From the IMG/VR virus record IMGVR_UViG_3300032007_000006, positions 1 through 64,000 of that record: a DNA stretch of 64,000 nt; one strand, 5' to 3'. Under the pieces are notes generated by a model. The model was not told the origin of the DNA. It searched no databases and was given only the letters and a program-made list of their open reading frames with translations. Positions 45,329-55,719 of the stretch are shown here, one piece after another (within the stretch, counting starts at the first letter, position 1; each line of letters begins with the position of its first letter). This DNA comes from a virus (lineage: Duplodnaviria; Heunggongvirae; Uroviricota; Caudoviricetes). Made by a program: the position numbers and the translations under genes.

Positions 45329-45916
45329 GTGAAAACAATATCTGAATATTCAAAAAACAAGACGGGACTTAATATACAAAGCCTCAAGGCTCTTGATGCC
45401 GTTTCCGAATGGATGGAATATAGTGGCTGGAAGGCTGAAGATGATGCAATTGTCCTTGAAAATGTGAAGGTAAAGAAAGACATTCCTCTTTCTGCCAAAA
45501 GAACTATCAAGGAAGGAACGGAATTTGACCGTGTTGGTCTTACAGCATCAAAACAGATTCTTCTTTACAGAAAGAATGAAGATGCTCCATATCGTCGCAT
45601 CATGAAGCATCCTCTTAATGAATCCGTATTTCCTGTCATTTATGGCTCTGGAGCAGGCTATCCAGAAGGTTCCGTCATCTGGAATGATGGAAGAGTGGAT
45701 GGTCCATTTCTTCCAGCAGGTGACATCAATGGAATTATGCAGGATGCATTGATTGCAATCTCAAATCTCCGTCAGCGTCTCGGAAATCTTTCTGTTGATC
45801 AAGCTGCAGTTATTGCCAAAGGACTTGGATCTTCATTTGAAGAAGTTGTTCTTAGAGAAGTTCTTAGGGCAATGTTCAAGGAGCAGGCTTCTCCATTTTA
45901 TTTTGGCTTGAGGTAG
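45329..45916 (+). CDS. putative internal head protein
   Basis: GTG start after GGAG; MKTISEY; late box at 45291. Confidence 0.7.
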   Translation: MKTISEYSKNKTGLNIQSLKALDAVSEWMEYSGWKAEDDAIVLENVKVKKDIPLSAKRTIKEGTEFDRVGLTASKQILLYRKNEDAPYRRIMKHPLNESVFPVIYGSGAGYPEGSVIWNDGRVDGPFLPAGDINGIMQDALIAISNLRQRLGNLSVDQAAVIAKGLGSSFEEVVLREVLRAMFKEQASPFYFGLR

Positions 45917-45918
45917 AA

Positions 45919-46350
45919 ATGAAAAGCATCACCGAATGGATTGAAAATGGAAAGTCTTTGAAGGAAGACATTGATCTTCCCATTGACAGCAGCTACGTTG
46001 TCGCAGTCAATCGGATCAACATAGACAATTCCGATGAAATTATTCATGGAGTAACCTGCATTTCAGACTACAAGGAACAAGTTCCAAAGCGTCTGCATTA
46101 TGCTCTTCTTGAATGGAACAAGCTTCTTTCTGCAGCGAAGGAAAAAGGTCTTGATCTCAAGGAATTAAGAACTTCAACCTTGGGTGTCATTTCATCTGCA
46201 TGGTATGTTCTCTTTGAATCCTATAGGGCCTGGGGTGCAGAATATGCGGCCAAGAAGGGAAAATCTTTTCTTTCTGAATTAAATCGAGAAATTGACATGC
46301 TTTCTAGGGCCTGGATGAATGTCAAGGCTGGAAAGCCAGTAAAGCCATAG
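45919..46350 (+). CDS. putative internal head protein
   Basis: MKSITEWIE..SLKED. Confidence 0.7.
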   Translation: MKSITEWIENGKSLKEDIDLPIDSSYVVAVNRINIDNSDEIIHGVTCISDYKEQVPKRLHYALLEWNKLLSAAKEKGLDLKELRTSTLGVISSAWYVLFESYRAWGAEYAAKKGKSFLSELNREIDMLSRAWMNVKAGKPVKP

Positions 46351-46371
46351 TAAATCTATAGGAAAATTTGT

Positions 46372-46737
46372 ATGGAAACTTTGCAGAAATGGCTTTTTGA
46401 AGCAAAGGGAATGCCTGAAGAAGTTCGTGCAAATGCCATGAAAATTTCCCAGATGCTTTTCAAAATCGAAGGAAAGCCATTGGGAGTTGATGGAATTGCC
46501 AGACTGAAGGCTTTCATTGAAGATGCCAGACAGGCCTATGAATCTATTGTTGCGTCCAAGCATTCGTTTGGAAGCCTCTCTTCCAAGGAGCTTGCCGACA
46601 TTAGCTGGGAGCCATTTGCAGAGGCAGTATGGACGGCCTTTATTTCGGATATTAGTTCTCCATCAAAGGCGGAAAAGAACATGCAGAAATTCAATTCCGT
46701 TTCAAAATGGCTTCTGCCTTTGCTGGTGACAAAATAA
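46372..46737 (+). CDS. putative internal head protein
   Basis: METLQKWLFEA. Confidence 0.7.
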   Translation: METLQKWLFEAKGMPEEVRANAMKISQMLFKIEGKPLGVDGIARLKAFIEDARQAYESIVASKHSFGSLSSKELADISWEPFAEAVWTAFISDISSPSKAEKNMQKFNSVSKWLLPLLVTK

Positions 46738-46749
46738 AAGGAAAATAAA

Positions 46750-47139
46750 ATGAAAACAATCACCGAATATCTCAATAAAAATAATAGTCTTCATGAAGAC
46801 ATGGATCTTGTTCCATGGGCCGATGGCTACAAGGATGCAATGAATCCTGCCACCTATGCCGCACTCAAGGAAGCCGTACTCAAGATTGTGGCCGATGAAG
46901 TCTTCAATGAGAAGGACATTATGAGACGTGTGCAGACTTGGCTGAAAAAGCAGGGATATCAAAATCCTTCTGGAAACTGCTCTTCAACCGAACGTGCAAT
47001 GAATGTTGTGCTTCCCTATGTGGCCGCATTTGTAAACTCCCTTCGTGAATTGAAAAATTCCGATGCCATGAAGATGGACAAGGCAATTCGTATTGTGACT
47101 TCCAAAATTTGCAAGTCATGCAATGGAGTAAAGATGTAA
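46750..47139 (+). CDS. putative internal head protein
   Basis: MKTITEYLN..SLHED. Confidence 0.7.
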   Translation: MKTITEYLNKNNSLHEDMDLVPWADGYKDAMNPATYAALKEAVLKIVADEVFNEKDIMRRVQTWLKKQGYQNPSGNCSSTERAMNVVLPYVAAFVNSLRELKNSDAMKMDKAIRIVTSKICKSCNGVKM

Positions 47140-47693
47140 TGAATACTTTCAATGACTATGTGAAGCTGTATGAAAAATTCAATGATCCTGATCCAGGATT
47201 TGATGACAATGTAGACGAAAAGGCCGAGATAGAGCAGGCCAACGCTTTTGCAAAAACTTTCAAGGTTCATTTGAAGGCCTTCAAGGCCAAGAAGAAATTC
47301 AAGTCCATTGAGGAGCTGGCCACTTATGTTGACAAGGCCTTGATGCTTTTTGACATGGATTGGAATGAATTTGCCAAAAATAATGATCGTCTTTATGGTC
47401 TGCGCCTTTATTTCACTTTCAAGAAGATTGAAAAGGCCTGCATTAAAGCCTGCATGAATGCCGCTGAAGTCATTAGAACTGCTGGAAACTTTGTTTTTAT
47501 GGCTTCAAATGCTGAAATTGGCTGGGAACGACACAACGCTACGCTTCCAAACGAAATGGTGAAATACTACAGAAAGCTTCCTACGGCAAAGAAGTCAAAA
47601 GTCTTTCTTGATATGCTTGAAAAGATGAACAAGCTGTATGATGCCATTCCATATGATGCTAATTTGTCAAGAGTTAGAAAGCCATTGCTGTAG
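47139..47693 (+). CDS. putative internal head protein
   Basis: Start refined to MNTFNDYVKLYE (TAATG coupling). Confidence 0.7.
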   Translation: MNTFNDYVKLYEKFNDPDPGFDDNVDEKAEIEQANAFAKTFKVHLKAFKAKKKFKSIEELATYVDKALMLFDMDWNEFAKNNDRLYGLRLYFTFKKIEKACIKACMNAAEVIRTAGNFVFMASNAEIGWERHNATLPNEMVKYYRKLPTAKKSKVFLDMLEKMNKLYDAIPYDANLSRVRKPLL

Positions 47694-47765
47694 CGACAGA
47701 AAAAAAAAAAAAACAAAACGCAATAAAAAGGCTCCAGAAGGAGCCTTTTTTGAATGGAGAAGAAA

Positions 47766-48056
47766 ATGAACAGATATTTGACTGAAAAAACATGGAATCC
47801 AAGAACGCTTCAATATGAAATCGGAGAGAAGTGGAAAGTAAAGATATGGTCATGCAATGCCAGAATGCGTCTTTCAAAGGAGCCATGCCGAATAGAGGAA
47901 GTTGATCTTGATGAAGCGTATGGAATGGCCATACAGATTGCTGGCGGGGGAAGACAGTCAAAGCGGACCATACCAGCAAGCAAAATGGAAATGATAGAAA
48001 CCACGCCAGTGGAAATGGCCGAAATGCTCGTAGAGGACGCCATTTCAAGAGGATAG
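47766..48056 (+). CDS. hypothetical protein
   Basis: ORF with GGAG SD; start 47754 or 47766. Confidence 0.6.
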   Translation: MNRYLTEKTWNPRTLQYEIGEKWKVKIWSCNARMRLSKEPCRIEEVDLDEAYGMAIQIAGGGRQSKRTIPASKMEMIETTPVEMAEMLVEDAISRG

Positions 48057-48123
48057 AATTAAATAAAGTAATGTAAAAGACACATCCTCTTATTTGTCTA
48101 GACACTATTAGGAGAATACAACT

Positions 48124-48741
48124 ATGGCACAAGGCGATCGTTACGTTGGAGCCATTGAGAGCTTCAAAGGCCAGATAAAGTCAATTCAAAGAGCATCGCT
48201 CTTTGACGTTGAAATTCCAAATTTCAAGTATGCTGTCGGCTATACTGGTGGCAATACAAACTACATTCTTTCCTTTAGCGTGAAAACTGCAACTTTTCCA
48301 AACACGAATGTAGGCGATATTGACGTAAAATACATGGGTCGTTCCATTCATTGGTATGGCGACAGAACATTCAACAGTGCATGGGCTACTACCTGCATTC
48401 TTGATGGTCAATGGCAGGTGTTCAACGCAATTTATGCCTGGCATCAGGGCATTGGTGGTTCAGAACGCATTGTTTCTGAAGACTTGAACTCCCATGACAA
48501 CTTCAAGCAGAATGCCTATGTAACTGCATACACTACAGATGGTCAAATTGCACATCGTGTCATGCTTGTTGGTCTTTGGCCACAAGACATTGGTGAAATG
48601 GGAGTAGACTGGGGATCAGCTGATACTCCTCTTGATTTGGCTGTTACCTGGGTATATGACTATGTTCTCACTGTTGATACAAATACGCCAGACGCCGCGG
48701 CAGGAAATCAACAGCAAAGCATTTCCGATCTCGAATCATAG
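48124..48741 (+). CDS. gp19: tail tube protein (T4 gp19-like)
   Basis: R..LFDVEIP..VKTATFP..G.IDVKYMGR..GDRTF..W..T..D; GLWP.DIGE..DW; VTW.YDY. Confidence 0.93.
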   Translation: MAQGDRYVGAIESFKGQIKSIQRASLFDVEIPNFKYAVGYTGGNTNYILSFSVKTATFPNTNVGDIDVKYMGRSIHWYGDRTFNSAWATTCILDGQWQVFNAIYAWHQGIGGSERIVSEDLNSHDNFKQNAYVTAYTTDGQIAHRVMLVGLWPQDIGEMGVDWGSADTPLDLAVTWVYDYVLTVDTNTPDAAAGNQQQSISDLES

Positions 48742-48769
48742 AATTGCGTTTCAATGTTTTAACATGTTA

Positions 48770-48806
48770 AGGGAGCCTAAAGGCTCCCTATTTTTTTTTT
48801 TTTTTT
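48770..48806 (+). terminator. intrinsic terminator
   Basis: AGGGAGCCT-AA-AGGCTCCCT followed by T15. Confidence 0.8.
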
Positions 48807-48886
48807 GGTTCATTCCATTTTTAGATTTCTACAGCCAAAGCAATTGATGCCATTCATATTCTAAAATTTGCATGATGTCAACAAAA

Positions 48887-48911
48887 AAGGAGGACCATCA
48901 TGGTCCTCCTT
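48887..48911 (-). terminator. terminator of the sheath gene
   Basis: AAGGAGGACCAT-C-ATGGTCCTCCTT with A-run on the left. Confidence 0.75.
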
Positions 48912-48936
48912 GAATGATTTGTATTAGTCTGGATTT

Positions 48937-51663
48937 TTAGTCAACTACTTCTGCAATTGACATGTCGCTGCGAATGGCACTGAACACCAGATCAACGTAC
49001 CTGATGCTTCTCACAGGCTTGCAGACAATCTTTGCACGGAAGATGCCTCTATCCATTTCATCTGGAGAAGTGACATCGGAGCCAGCAAAGATGCCATATT
49101 CCTGAAGTCCGCGGCCGCCAACAATGGAGTCGAGGAATGGAGTGATTGCAAGAACGAATTGATCGCGGGTGATGCGGTCATTCTGCTTCCACATGATCTT
49201 GCGGGCATACTGAATGATGTTGCGTTCAATATGAAGGAAGCATCTGCGGACGCCAACAAAGTTGAAGGCGCTGTTCTGTACTCTAGTCCAGTCGCCCCAG
49301 ACAACATTGCCTTCATTGCTGAAGTTTGTCACTGCATTGACGCCATTGTTGAAGAGAACATCTCTGTCGGCCTTTGATGGATAGAAGGCCAGCTTGATGC
49401 AGTTGCGGAGCTGTCTGCCACCAATGGACATCCAAGGCTCTTCTGATGCATCAACATAGGCAAACAGTCCGGCCATGTCGCCATTAAGAGGCATCCATCT
49501 GTAGCAGTCATTGTAGTTGTCATACTGATACTTGTAGTTGCCATCCATGTAGACATAGGAGCTGTTGCTGTAGAACTTGCCTGTGCCATCTGCAATTCTG
49601 TCGCAAGGATCAGTGACATTCACGCATTCCGACAGGGATGGAGATACGCAGGCCAGACAGTCCTTTCTCTTTTCTGCAAGGTCGATGATATACTGTCCAA
49701 TTTCTGGAGAGCCACCACCCTGCATGAGAAGCTGGACTTGGGTGTTGTCTGACTCTTCATTCTTGAAGAGATCCCAGGCCTTTTTGTATGCACCAACGCC
49801 ACCAACAAGATGAATGATTGGAGTGTAGTCCTTGATAAATTCCTGCTCGGTGATGACGGTTGTTGCAGTGGAGTCAACGTCATAGTCTACGCCATTGGAA
49901 TTGGTCGTTGTAACGTCAGAATACAGGGCGTCACTGCCACCAAGTTCTGTTGGATCATAGTCCATTCCGTTGGCCAGAGTTACGTCAATGTTGATCCAGG
50001 CATTTGCAAGATCCTTTCCATAGACGGATTCAAATGCTCCCTTGGAAAGATTGATGTAGTTCGACTGTTCTGAGAAGAAGTTGAACACATAGTTGTCATA
50101 TCCAGTAATGTCGAGACTTCCTGGAGTCAGACTGAAGATTCCATATTCCTTGAGAGTGAGGACTTCAAAGTTTTCATCCCAGAGGAAGACGGCCACGGCA
50201 ATGGAGTCATCTTCAAGCACCTTGTTCCCAATGTAGTCAAGAACTCTGTTCTGCGTGACGTTGGTGAGAGAAGAAATGTTTCTCTTGAACTTGTCGACCT
50301 TCTTGTAGGCATCATATGCAGGCTTATTGATGACGCTGACATGAATGCGATTGCCATACTGTCCAGGATACTTTGCAAGAGTGAGAACTTCATTCTTGCC
50401 AACGTCCTGCAGCTGAGTCTGATAGTCGCTGGAGTTCTTTACATGAAGCCTGAAGGTGCCAGACTCAACGTAGAGCTTCTTTCTGGCCAGCTGAGAAGAG
50501 CCGCCAAGATAGACTTCGATCTGTTCGCCAGTGTCTGGATCGGTGACAATTCTCTTGACTTCTTCATGATAGAGGCCATTTTCTTCAGCAAACTTGTAGC
50601 CCCAGTTCATTCCAACGCCTTCAATGTTGTACCATCCATAGACTGGATCTTTTCCATTGCCTGGCTTGAATTTGATGATGAATTCCTTTGGCTCGTTTTC
50701 TGGGGTTTCTTCATCAGCTACAATTTCATAGAACTTGTTGAGATACTTCTTGCGAAGATAGTAGTATTTCTTTGGTTCATTCTCTGCTGGCTTTGTATAG
50801 CAGACAATGACGGAGCAGATGCCAATGTCATCGAGAGTTTCTTGAGGAATTTCTCCGAGATGGCCACCAGTGGCTTCATTATCTGGACCTTCATATCCTG
50901 CATTGAGAGGAACAAGGTCAATCAAATTCTGTGGAGTGGCGCCATATGTTTCATACAGCTGCCTGCTAGTCTTTCCAATGCTGTAGACGCCATCATTGTT
51001 GGTGTATGCAACATAGTTTGGGAAGTTTGTAATGGTTGCATTGCGGATGGCGGCATCAACATTGATGTCAAGAGCCTCATTCTCCGTAATTGGAGTGTAG
51101 TAGATGCGTTCCAGAAGGGCATCATGAACTTCGCTCTGCACTTCTCCTGGAGTTGTGGCCTTGCCGGCATATTCGCCAATCTTCAGAAGATGCTGTTGAT
51201 AAAGAACTTCCTCTCCATCTGGAGCGGAAGCGGCATCGACTTTATCTTCATAATCCTCTGTAGCCTTCCATGGGAATGAAAGAACTTCATTTGGATCCTT
51301 TCCAGCATCTGCGGCGGCTTCCACAGCGGCTTGAACTTCTTCAGGCGTCATGTGCTGTGGAATAAAGGTTTTCTGTGGAATGAAGTAGGCGTTTCTTGCA
51401 GAATCCAGAACAACACGAGCAACAGCCAGAGAATTTGAATATTCCAGATAGTTCTTGGCCGTAAACCAGTCCTTGTAGTTTCTGTCAATTGGACCACCAA
51501 AGATAGTTTTCAGTCTAGCTTCATCAGAGATGCGAATAACTTCTCCTGCTGGACCCCAAGTGAAGTCGCCAGCAAGAGCGGCCGTAGTCACATCCATGTT
51601 TCCAACATATGTGGAGAGATCTTGTTCGCTGACGAATACGTCAGGAGATCCTGTTATAGCCAT
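48937..51663 (-). CDS. gp18: contractile tail sheath (T4 gp18-like) with large insertion
   Basis: SPDVFVSEQDLS..AALAGDFTWGP; AKYPGQYGN; KYQYD.YND.YRW.PLNGD; VRRCFL.IE; KPVRSIRYV.L.F.A. Confidence 0.95.
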   Translation of the reverse strand: MAITGSPDVFVSEQDLSTYVGNMDVTTAALAGDFTWGPAGEVIRISDEARLKTIFGGPIDRNYKDWFTAKNYLEYSNSLAVARVVLDSARNAYFIPQKTFIPQHMTPEEVQAAVEAAADAGKDPNEVLSFPWKATEDYEDKVDAASAPDGEEVLYQQHLLKIGEYAGKATTPGEVQSEVHDALLERIYYTPITENEALDINVDAAIRNATITNFPNYVAYTNNDGVYSIGKTSRQLYETYGATPQNLIDLVPLNAGYEGPDNEATGGHLGEIPQETLDDIGICSVIVCYTKPAENEPKKYYYLRKKYLNKFYEIVADEETPENEPKEFIIKFKPGNGKDPVYGWYNIEGVGMNWGYKFAEENGLYHEEVKRIVTDPDTGEQIEVYLGGSSQLARKKLYVESGTFRLHVKNSSDYQTQLQDVGKNEVLTLAKYPGQYGNRIHVSVINKPAYDAYKKVDKFKRNISSLTNVTQNRVLDYIGNKVLEDDSIAVAVFLWDENFEVLTLKEYGIFSLTPGSLDITGYDNYVFNFFSEQSNYINLSKGAFESVYGKDLANAWINIDVTLANGMDYDPTELGGSDALYSDVTTTNSNGVDYDVDSTATTVITEQEFIKDYTPIIHLVGGVGAYKKAWDLFKNEESDNTQVQLLMQGGGSPEIGQYIIDLAEKRKDCLACVSPSLSECVNVTDPCDRIADGTGKFYSNSSYVYMDGNYKYQYDNYNDCYRWMPLNGDMAGLFAYVDASEEPWMSIGGRQLRNCIKLAFYPSKADRDVLFNNGVNAVTNFSNEGNVVWGDWTRVQNSAFNFVGVRRCFLHIERNIIQYARKIMWKQNDRITRDQFVLAITPFLDSIVGGRGLQEYGIFAGSDVTSPDEMDRGIFRAKIVCKPVRSIRYVDLVFSAIRSDMSIAEVVD

Positions 51664-51789
51664 ATTATATACTCCTTCTCTTTCAAAATAAGAAAGTGGG
51701 ATGGATTTTCTCTATTTAGATGATAGAGTGCATTATGCAAAAGTGTTCATTAGCGGCTTTTGTAAATATTTTAACTTTAGCGGCTTGAA

Positions 51790-54700
51790 ATGGCTTTGGA
51801 ACTGCTTCTAGAAACAAACAACTTTGAAGAATGGCTTATTAGAATCAATGAAATAATACAGGCTCTTGGAGCATCGGATGAATTATGCGAACAGATGCTT
51901 CAGGCTCTTTCCGAAGCCATTGAACGCGGTCAGGCTTCGGAATATCTTGGAAATCCATCAACCTCCATTAATGTTCCAAACGGAACAGACACTCCGACAA
52001 CAGTTAGTGGAAGCACAATCTGGTCATGGGACTGGAACGACTATGTCAAGAATGGTCTCTACTGGATCCCATGGAATGCAGAAAGAACGCTGAATCCTCC
52101 TCTTGGAAAGCAGAAGGATGGAATGTGCTGGGTTGCGTCTGGAGGAGAGAATGGTCCTACAGTGCAGCTGGCCGTTGTCATGGAAGAAACTCCCATCATT
52201 GCTGTTAGGTATGGCAGACAAGGCGTTAATGGACCAAATTGGCCAAAGAGTGGAAACGTCTATTCCTGGGTTGAAATTCCGAATAGAAAATATCTTGACA
52301 CTAATTTTCTGAACAAGACAACCACCACTCCACAGACTGTCAAGGCTGCAGTAAAAATGCTGAATGCACTGGAAGTTAATGGAGATGCCACATTCAATGA
52401 AACGGCATCAGTTGGTCAACGCTTGATAATCAAGGGAGCAAACACGTCTGTAGTAGTTCGTGGAGATTCCGACGCAAATGGAAACGGCTTCGGAAATTCT
52501 TCAATGGTAATGGAAGTTGCTCCCTCGGCAACAATGATTCCATCAACTTCATACAATCTTCCATTGTGGGATACGGCAACTGGTCAGAAAATGCCTTTCA
52601 GCGGGTTGAACAAGTATGTTGAACCTTTCTGGATAGACAAGGAAAATAGAACGGCAAACATAAACGGCACGGCAGAGTATGCAAATTTTGTAGTGCCAAC
52701 CAACATGATTTCCGAATTTAATTCTTCTAGAATAAGCCCAGACCAGATGTATCTTCCAGCAACGGCCAAAGCAGTCAAGGATCTGTATGACTGGACTAGA
52801 AAAGAATTTCTTCCATTCTCTGGCGGTGTCATAAAGGGTGTTGTCCGTCATGAGCAGGACATATTCCTTGAGCATCTGCTTGGCATTCCAGAAAACAGAA
52901 CGGCAGCCATTAGATCCACTGCAAGACCGCTTCAATTGCAGTGCCAGGGAAGTACGCACATTGTCTCCAATTCAAAGCAGGCCTGTCTGTATCTGGAAAA
53001 GGAAGATGCCGATTCGAAGGAATATACAACCGAACATCACGATGCCACGTTCGTTTTCAGAAAGGTCGTGCTGGACAAGGAACTGTGTCGTCAGTCGGAT
53101 CCAAACTTCAACGTGCTGAATTCTGATCCAGAACTGGATGGATACTGGCACTGCATGACGGAATGTGGAGAGTTTAAAGTCTTTGCCAATGGATATTGGG
53201 AATATGTTGTTGATTCTCAACGTCTGCATTCTCTTGACGCCGATGGAAAACTCAAGACTTCCATCTTCTATCGAGTTGTAAATGCAGTTGATGAAACTCC
53301 AATTGCTTCGAGATGTCAGTATGACGTTGTTTTCAGACCAGGAGATCCAGAAGTAAAGTCTGGCGACCTCTCAATAAACGATCTTCACTATCAAGTTGCA
53401 ATAACGGATACAGACTGGAAAAACTATCCAATAGTTGCTAGAAGCAAGATTTCATCTGGTTCTAGACTTGCGGATGGAACGCTGGTGACAAAGGGATCAA
53501 TTCTGAATGGAATAAGACTTGAAGAGGACTGGATTGTCAACGGTCTTCAAACTTCCTATGGAATGAAGAATGAAGATGGCGAAACGATGGCTTTATTGAC
53601 GCCAGATTCAATTATTGCAAAGGGATCCATGATTGTTGTTGACAGCGTAATCAACAGAAGAAGATGGCCAAAAAATGAAATTGTCAATTCAGACATTCGA
53701 GTAGTTGAAGATGCTGTTATAGCAAAGGGAAGCATTCTAAAAAGTGGATCTGTTATTGAATTAAATTCAGTAATTAATGGATTCCAATATACCGAACAGG
53801 AGACTGTATCTGGAGAAGAGATTACTGAAGAATCTGAACTTGCGGCTGGTTCAAACATTCTTCTTGGTTCTTTAATTGCAACGTCTTCAGCGTTGAATGG
53901 AGTTCCAGGAAAGTCTGGCTTCTATGAAGTCATTCAAGGTGCAACTTCATCAGATCTTGTCGGACAACTGGCCAGTGGATCAAGCATTCTTAAAGGATCC
54001 ATTCTCGCTCCTGGAAGCATAGTCAATGAAGTGGAATATAATGCTCCAACAACAGTCAATGCAACGATTCACGTTGTTGGAACGGCAAAAGTGGCCCACG
54101 GGACAAAACTGGCCATTGGATCATGGATTGAAGCAGGCTCTACTCTCAATGGTCTTAGATGGGCCAATGGAATGAAGGCCTACGGTCTGGACGCCGTGCT
54201 TCCCCTTTCAAAGGAAGACATTGCTCCTATTCTTTATATTAGAACATACGACAACATTCATGGAAGATGGACAGGAGAATGGCAGAAGCATTCATACAGG
54301 GACGTATTTTCCACTTTGGAGTCATTTGATGCCGAACTATGGAAAAACTGGATAATTGAACAGATTGATGCTCTTGAAATCGAGCAGGACTTCAAGAACG
54401 AAATCTTTTATGATCTTAACAAGTCTCTTTCTGATTCTTCAAGAGAATGGACATATCCAGTTAAGCAGAATCTTGATGAACTTCTTGTCAATGGAAAATA
54501 TTTGACGGATATCGTACATTTCAGTGCTCCAGACCATGTTTTTGAAACAAGATGCTATGTTGCATCGCATTCTAGAAGCATAGGCGTTGAACGACTCACT
54601 GTTCAGCCATACAGGATTCTACTGGATGAAAGTGGAGCAAGAATTGGAATAGAGCCACTTCATGATCCAGCAATGATATTCAATGAAGGAACGTCAATAA

Positions 54701-55719
54701 AAGCCTACTTCTCCGGAGAAGCGTTTGAATACTTCAACTTCAGCGTTGTTCGTGGATATGGAGCTGAATATGTCATTTCATTTGACACAAGGCTTATTCC
54801 AGAGCAGAAGAATCTCAATCAAGAAAAATTAATGGAGGCTGTTCGATTTAGGGCCTTTTCAGATGACATTAACGCATCTGGAGAGGAGATTGCCTCTTTT
54901 GAAAAGACTGTTTCACTGAATGTAGACGAAATGATGGGTGCTCCATTTGTTTTTGGAGCCAGAACAAGAACAGGCATTACTTCAACTGGCCAGCTTGGCG
55001 ATCCACTGTATGATCTTGGCTGCGTTGAAATCAATGAAGATACATTGGCCTTGAGATTGAGGAAGAAGAGCGTCACGATGCAGTCTGAAATTAAGGAAAC
55101 TACATCGCTCGTGTTCGCTCGTCTGGTTGATCCAGATGATCAAACATACTTCCCCAAGGGAACAATGCAGAAGGGAGAAGGATACGTCTTCTGTCCAACC
55201 GTTAGAAACGCAGTTGATCTTGGAACAGCCACGTTTAGGTTCAGAAACATATATCTTGCTGGAGATCCAATAGTATCTTCAGATCAATCTTTAAAGACGG
55301 ACATTGCAGACTTTCCAGAGTCATTGATGAAAAGATGGAGCAAAGTGAAGTGGACTTCCTTCAAGTTCAAGGATGCAGTGGACGCCAAGGGAAAGAAGGC
55401 CAGAATACACGCTGGCGTTGTGGCGCAGGACGTACAGAAGGCTTTGAGAGGCATGGACATTACAAAATGGTCATTCTTCTGCAAGGACAAATGGAACGAC
55501 ATGAAGGAATATGAATGGATTGACGTTCCTGCGGGAAAGGATGAATTTGGCGTATGGAGGCCAGCACATACGGAAAGACGCATTGCAACGACAGAAAAGG
55601 CTGGAGAGCAGTATTCCATCCGATATCAGGAAATGCAGTGCATTGAAAATGCTTATTTGAGAAGAGAAATTGAACTGCTAAAAAAGGAGATTGAATCTTT
55701 GAAGCAGAATATGAAATAG
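51790..55719 (+). CDS. tail fibre/spike with C-terminal S74 intramolecular chaperone
   Basis: DLGTATFRFRNIY..SSDQSLKTDI..FKFKDAV..ARIHAGVVAQ..YSIRYQE; internal GSIL repeats. Confidence 0.85.
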   Translation: MALELLLETNNFEEWLIRINEIIQALGASDELCEQMLQALSEAIERGQASEYLGNPSTSINVPNGTDTPTTVSGSTIWSWDWNDYVKNGLYWIPWNAERTLNPPLGKQKDGMCWVASGGENGPTVQLAVVMEETPIIAVRYGRQGVNGPNWPKSGNVYSWVEIPNRKYLDTNFLNKTTTTPQTVKAAVKMLNALEVNGDATFNETASVGQRLIIKGANTSVVVRGDSDANGNGFGNSSMVMEVAPSATMIPSTSYNLPLWDTATGQKMPFSGLNKYVEPFWIDKENRTANINGTAEYANFVVPTNMISEFNSSRISPDQMYLPATAKAVKDLYDWTRKEFLPFSGGVIKGVVRHEQDIFLEHLLGIPENRTAAIRSTARPLQLQCQGSTHIVSNSKQACLYLEKEDADSKEYTTEHHDATFVFRKVVLDKELCRQSDPNFNVLNSDPELDGYWHCMTECGEFKVFANGYWEYVVDSQRLHSLDADGKLKTSIFYRVVNAVDETPIASRCQYDVVFRPGDPEVKSGDLSINDLHYQVAITDTDWKNYPIVARSKISSGSRLADGTLVTKGSILNGIRLEEDWIVNGLQTSYGMKNEDGETMALLTPDSIIAKGSMIVVDSVINRRRWPKNEIVNSDIRVVEDAVIAKGSILKSGSVIELNSVINGFQYTEQETVSGEEITEESELAAGSNILLGSLIATSSALNGVPGKSGFYEVIQGATSSDLVGQLASGSSILKGSILAPGSIVNEVEYNAPTTVNATIHVVGTAKVAHGTKLAIGSWIEAGSTLNGLRWANGMKAYGLDAVLPLSKEDIAPILYIRTYDNIHGRWTGEWQKHSYRDVFSTLESFDAELWKNWIIEQIDALEIEQDFKNEIFYDLNKSLSDSSREWTYPVKQNLDELLVNGKYLTDIVHFSAPDHVFETRCYVASHSRSIGVERLTVQPYRILLDESGARIGIEPLHDPAMIFNEGTSIKAYFSGEAFEYFNFSVVRGYGAEYVISFDTRLIPEQKNLNQEKLMEAVRFRAFSDDINASGEEIASFEKTVSLNVDEMMGAPFVFGARTRTGITSTGQLGDPLYDLGCVEINEDTLALRLRKKSVTMQSEIKETTSLVFARLVDPDDQTYFPKGTMQKGEGYVFCPTVRNAVDLGTATFRFRNIYLAGDPIVSSDQSLKTDIADFPESLMKRWSKVKWTSFKFKDAVDAKGKKARIHAGVVAQDVQKALRGMDITKWSFFCKDKWNDMKEYEWIDVPAGKDEFGVWRPAHTERRIATTEKAGEQYSIRYQEMQCIENAYLRREIELLKKEIESLKQNMK

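Noticed and set aside
47700-48806. A14 and T15 homopolymers as phase-variation tracts
   Set aside because: Both are intergenic and adjacent to terminator hairpins, with no coding frame affected; lengths may be sequencing artefacts
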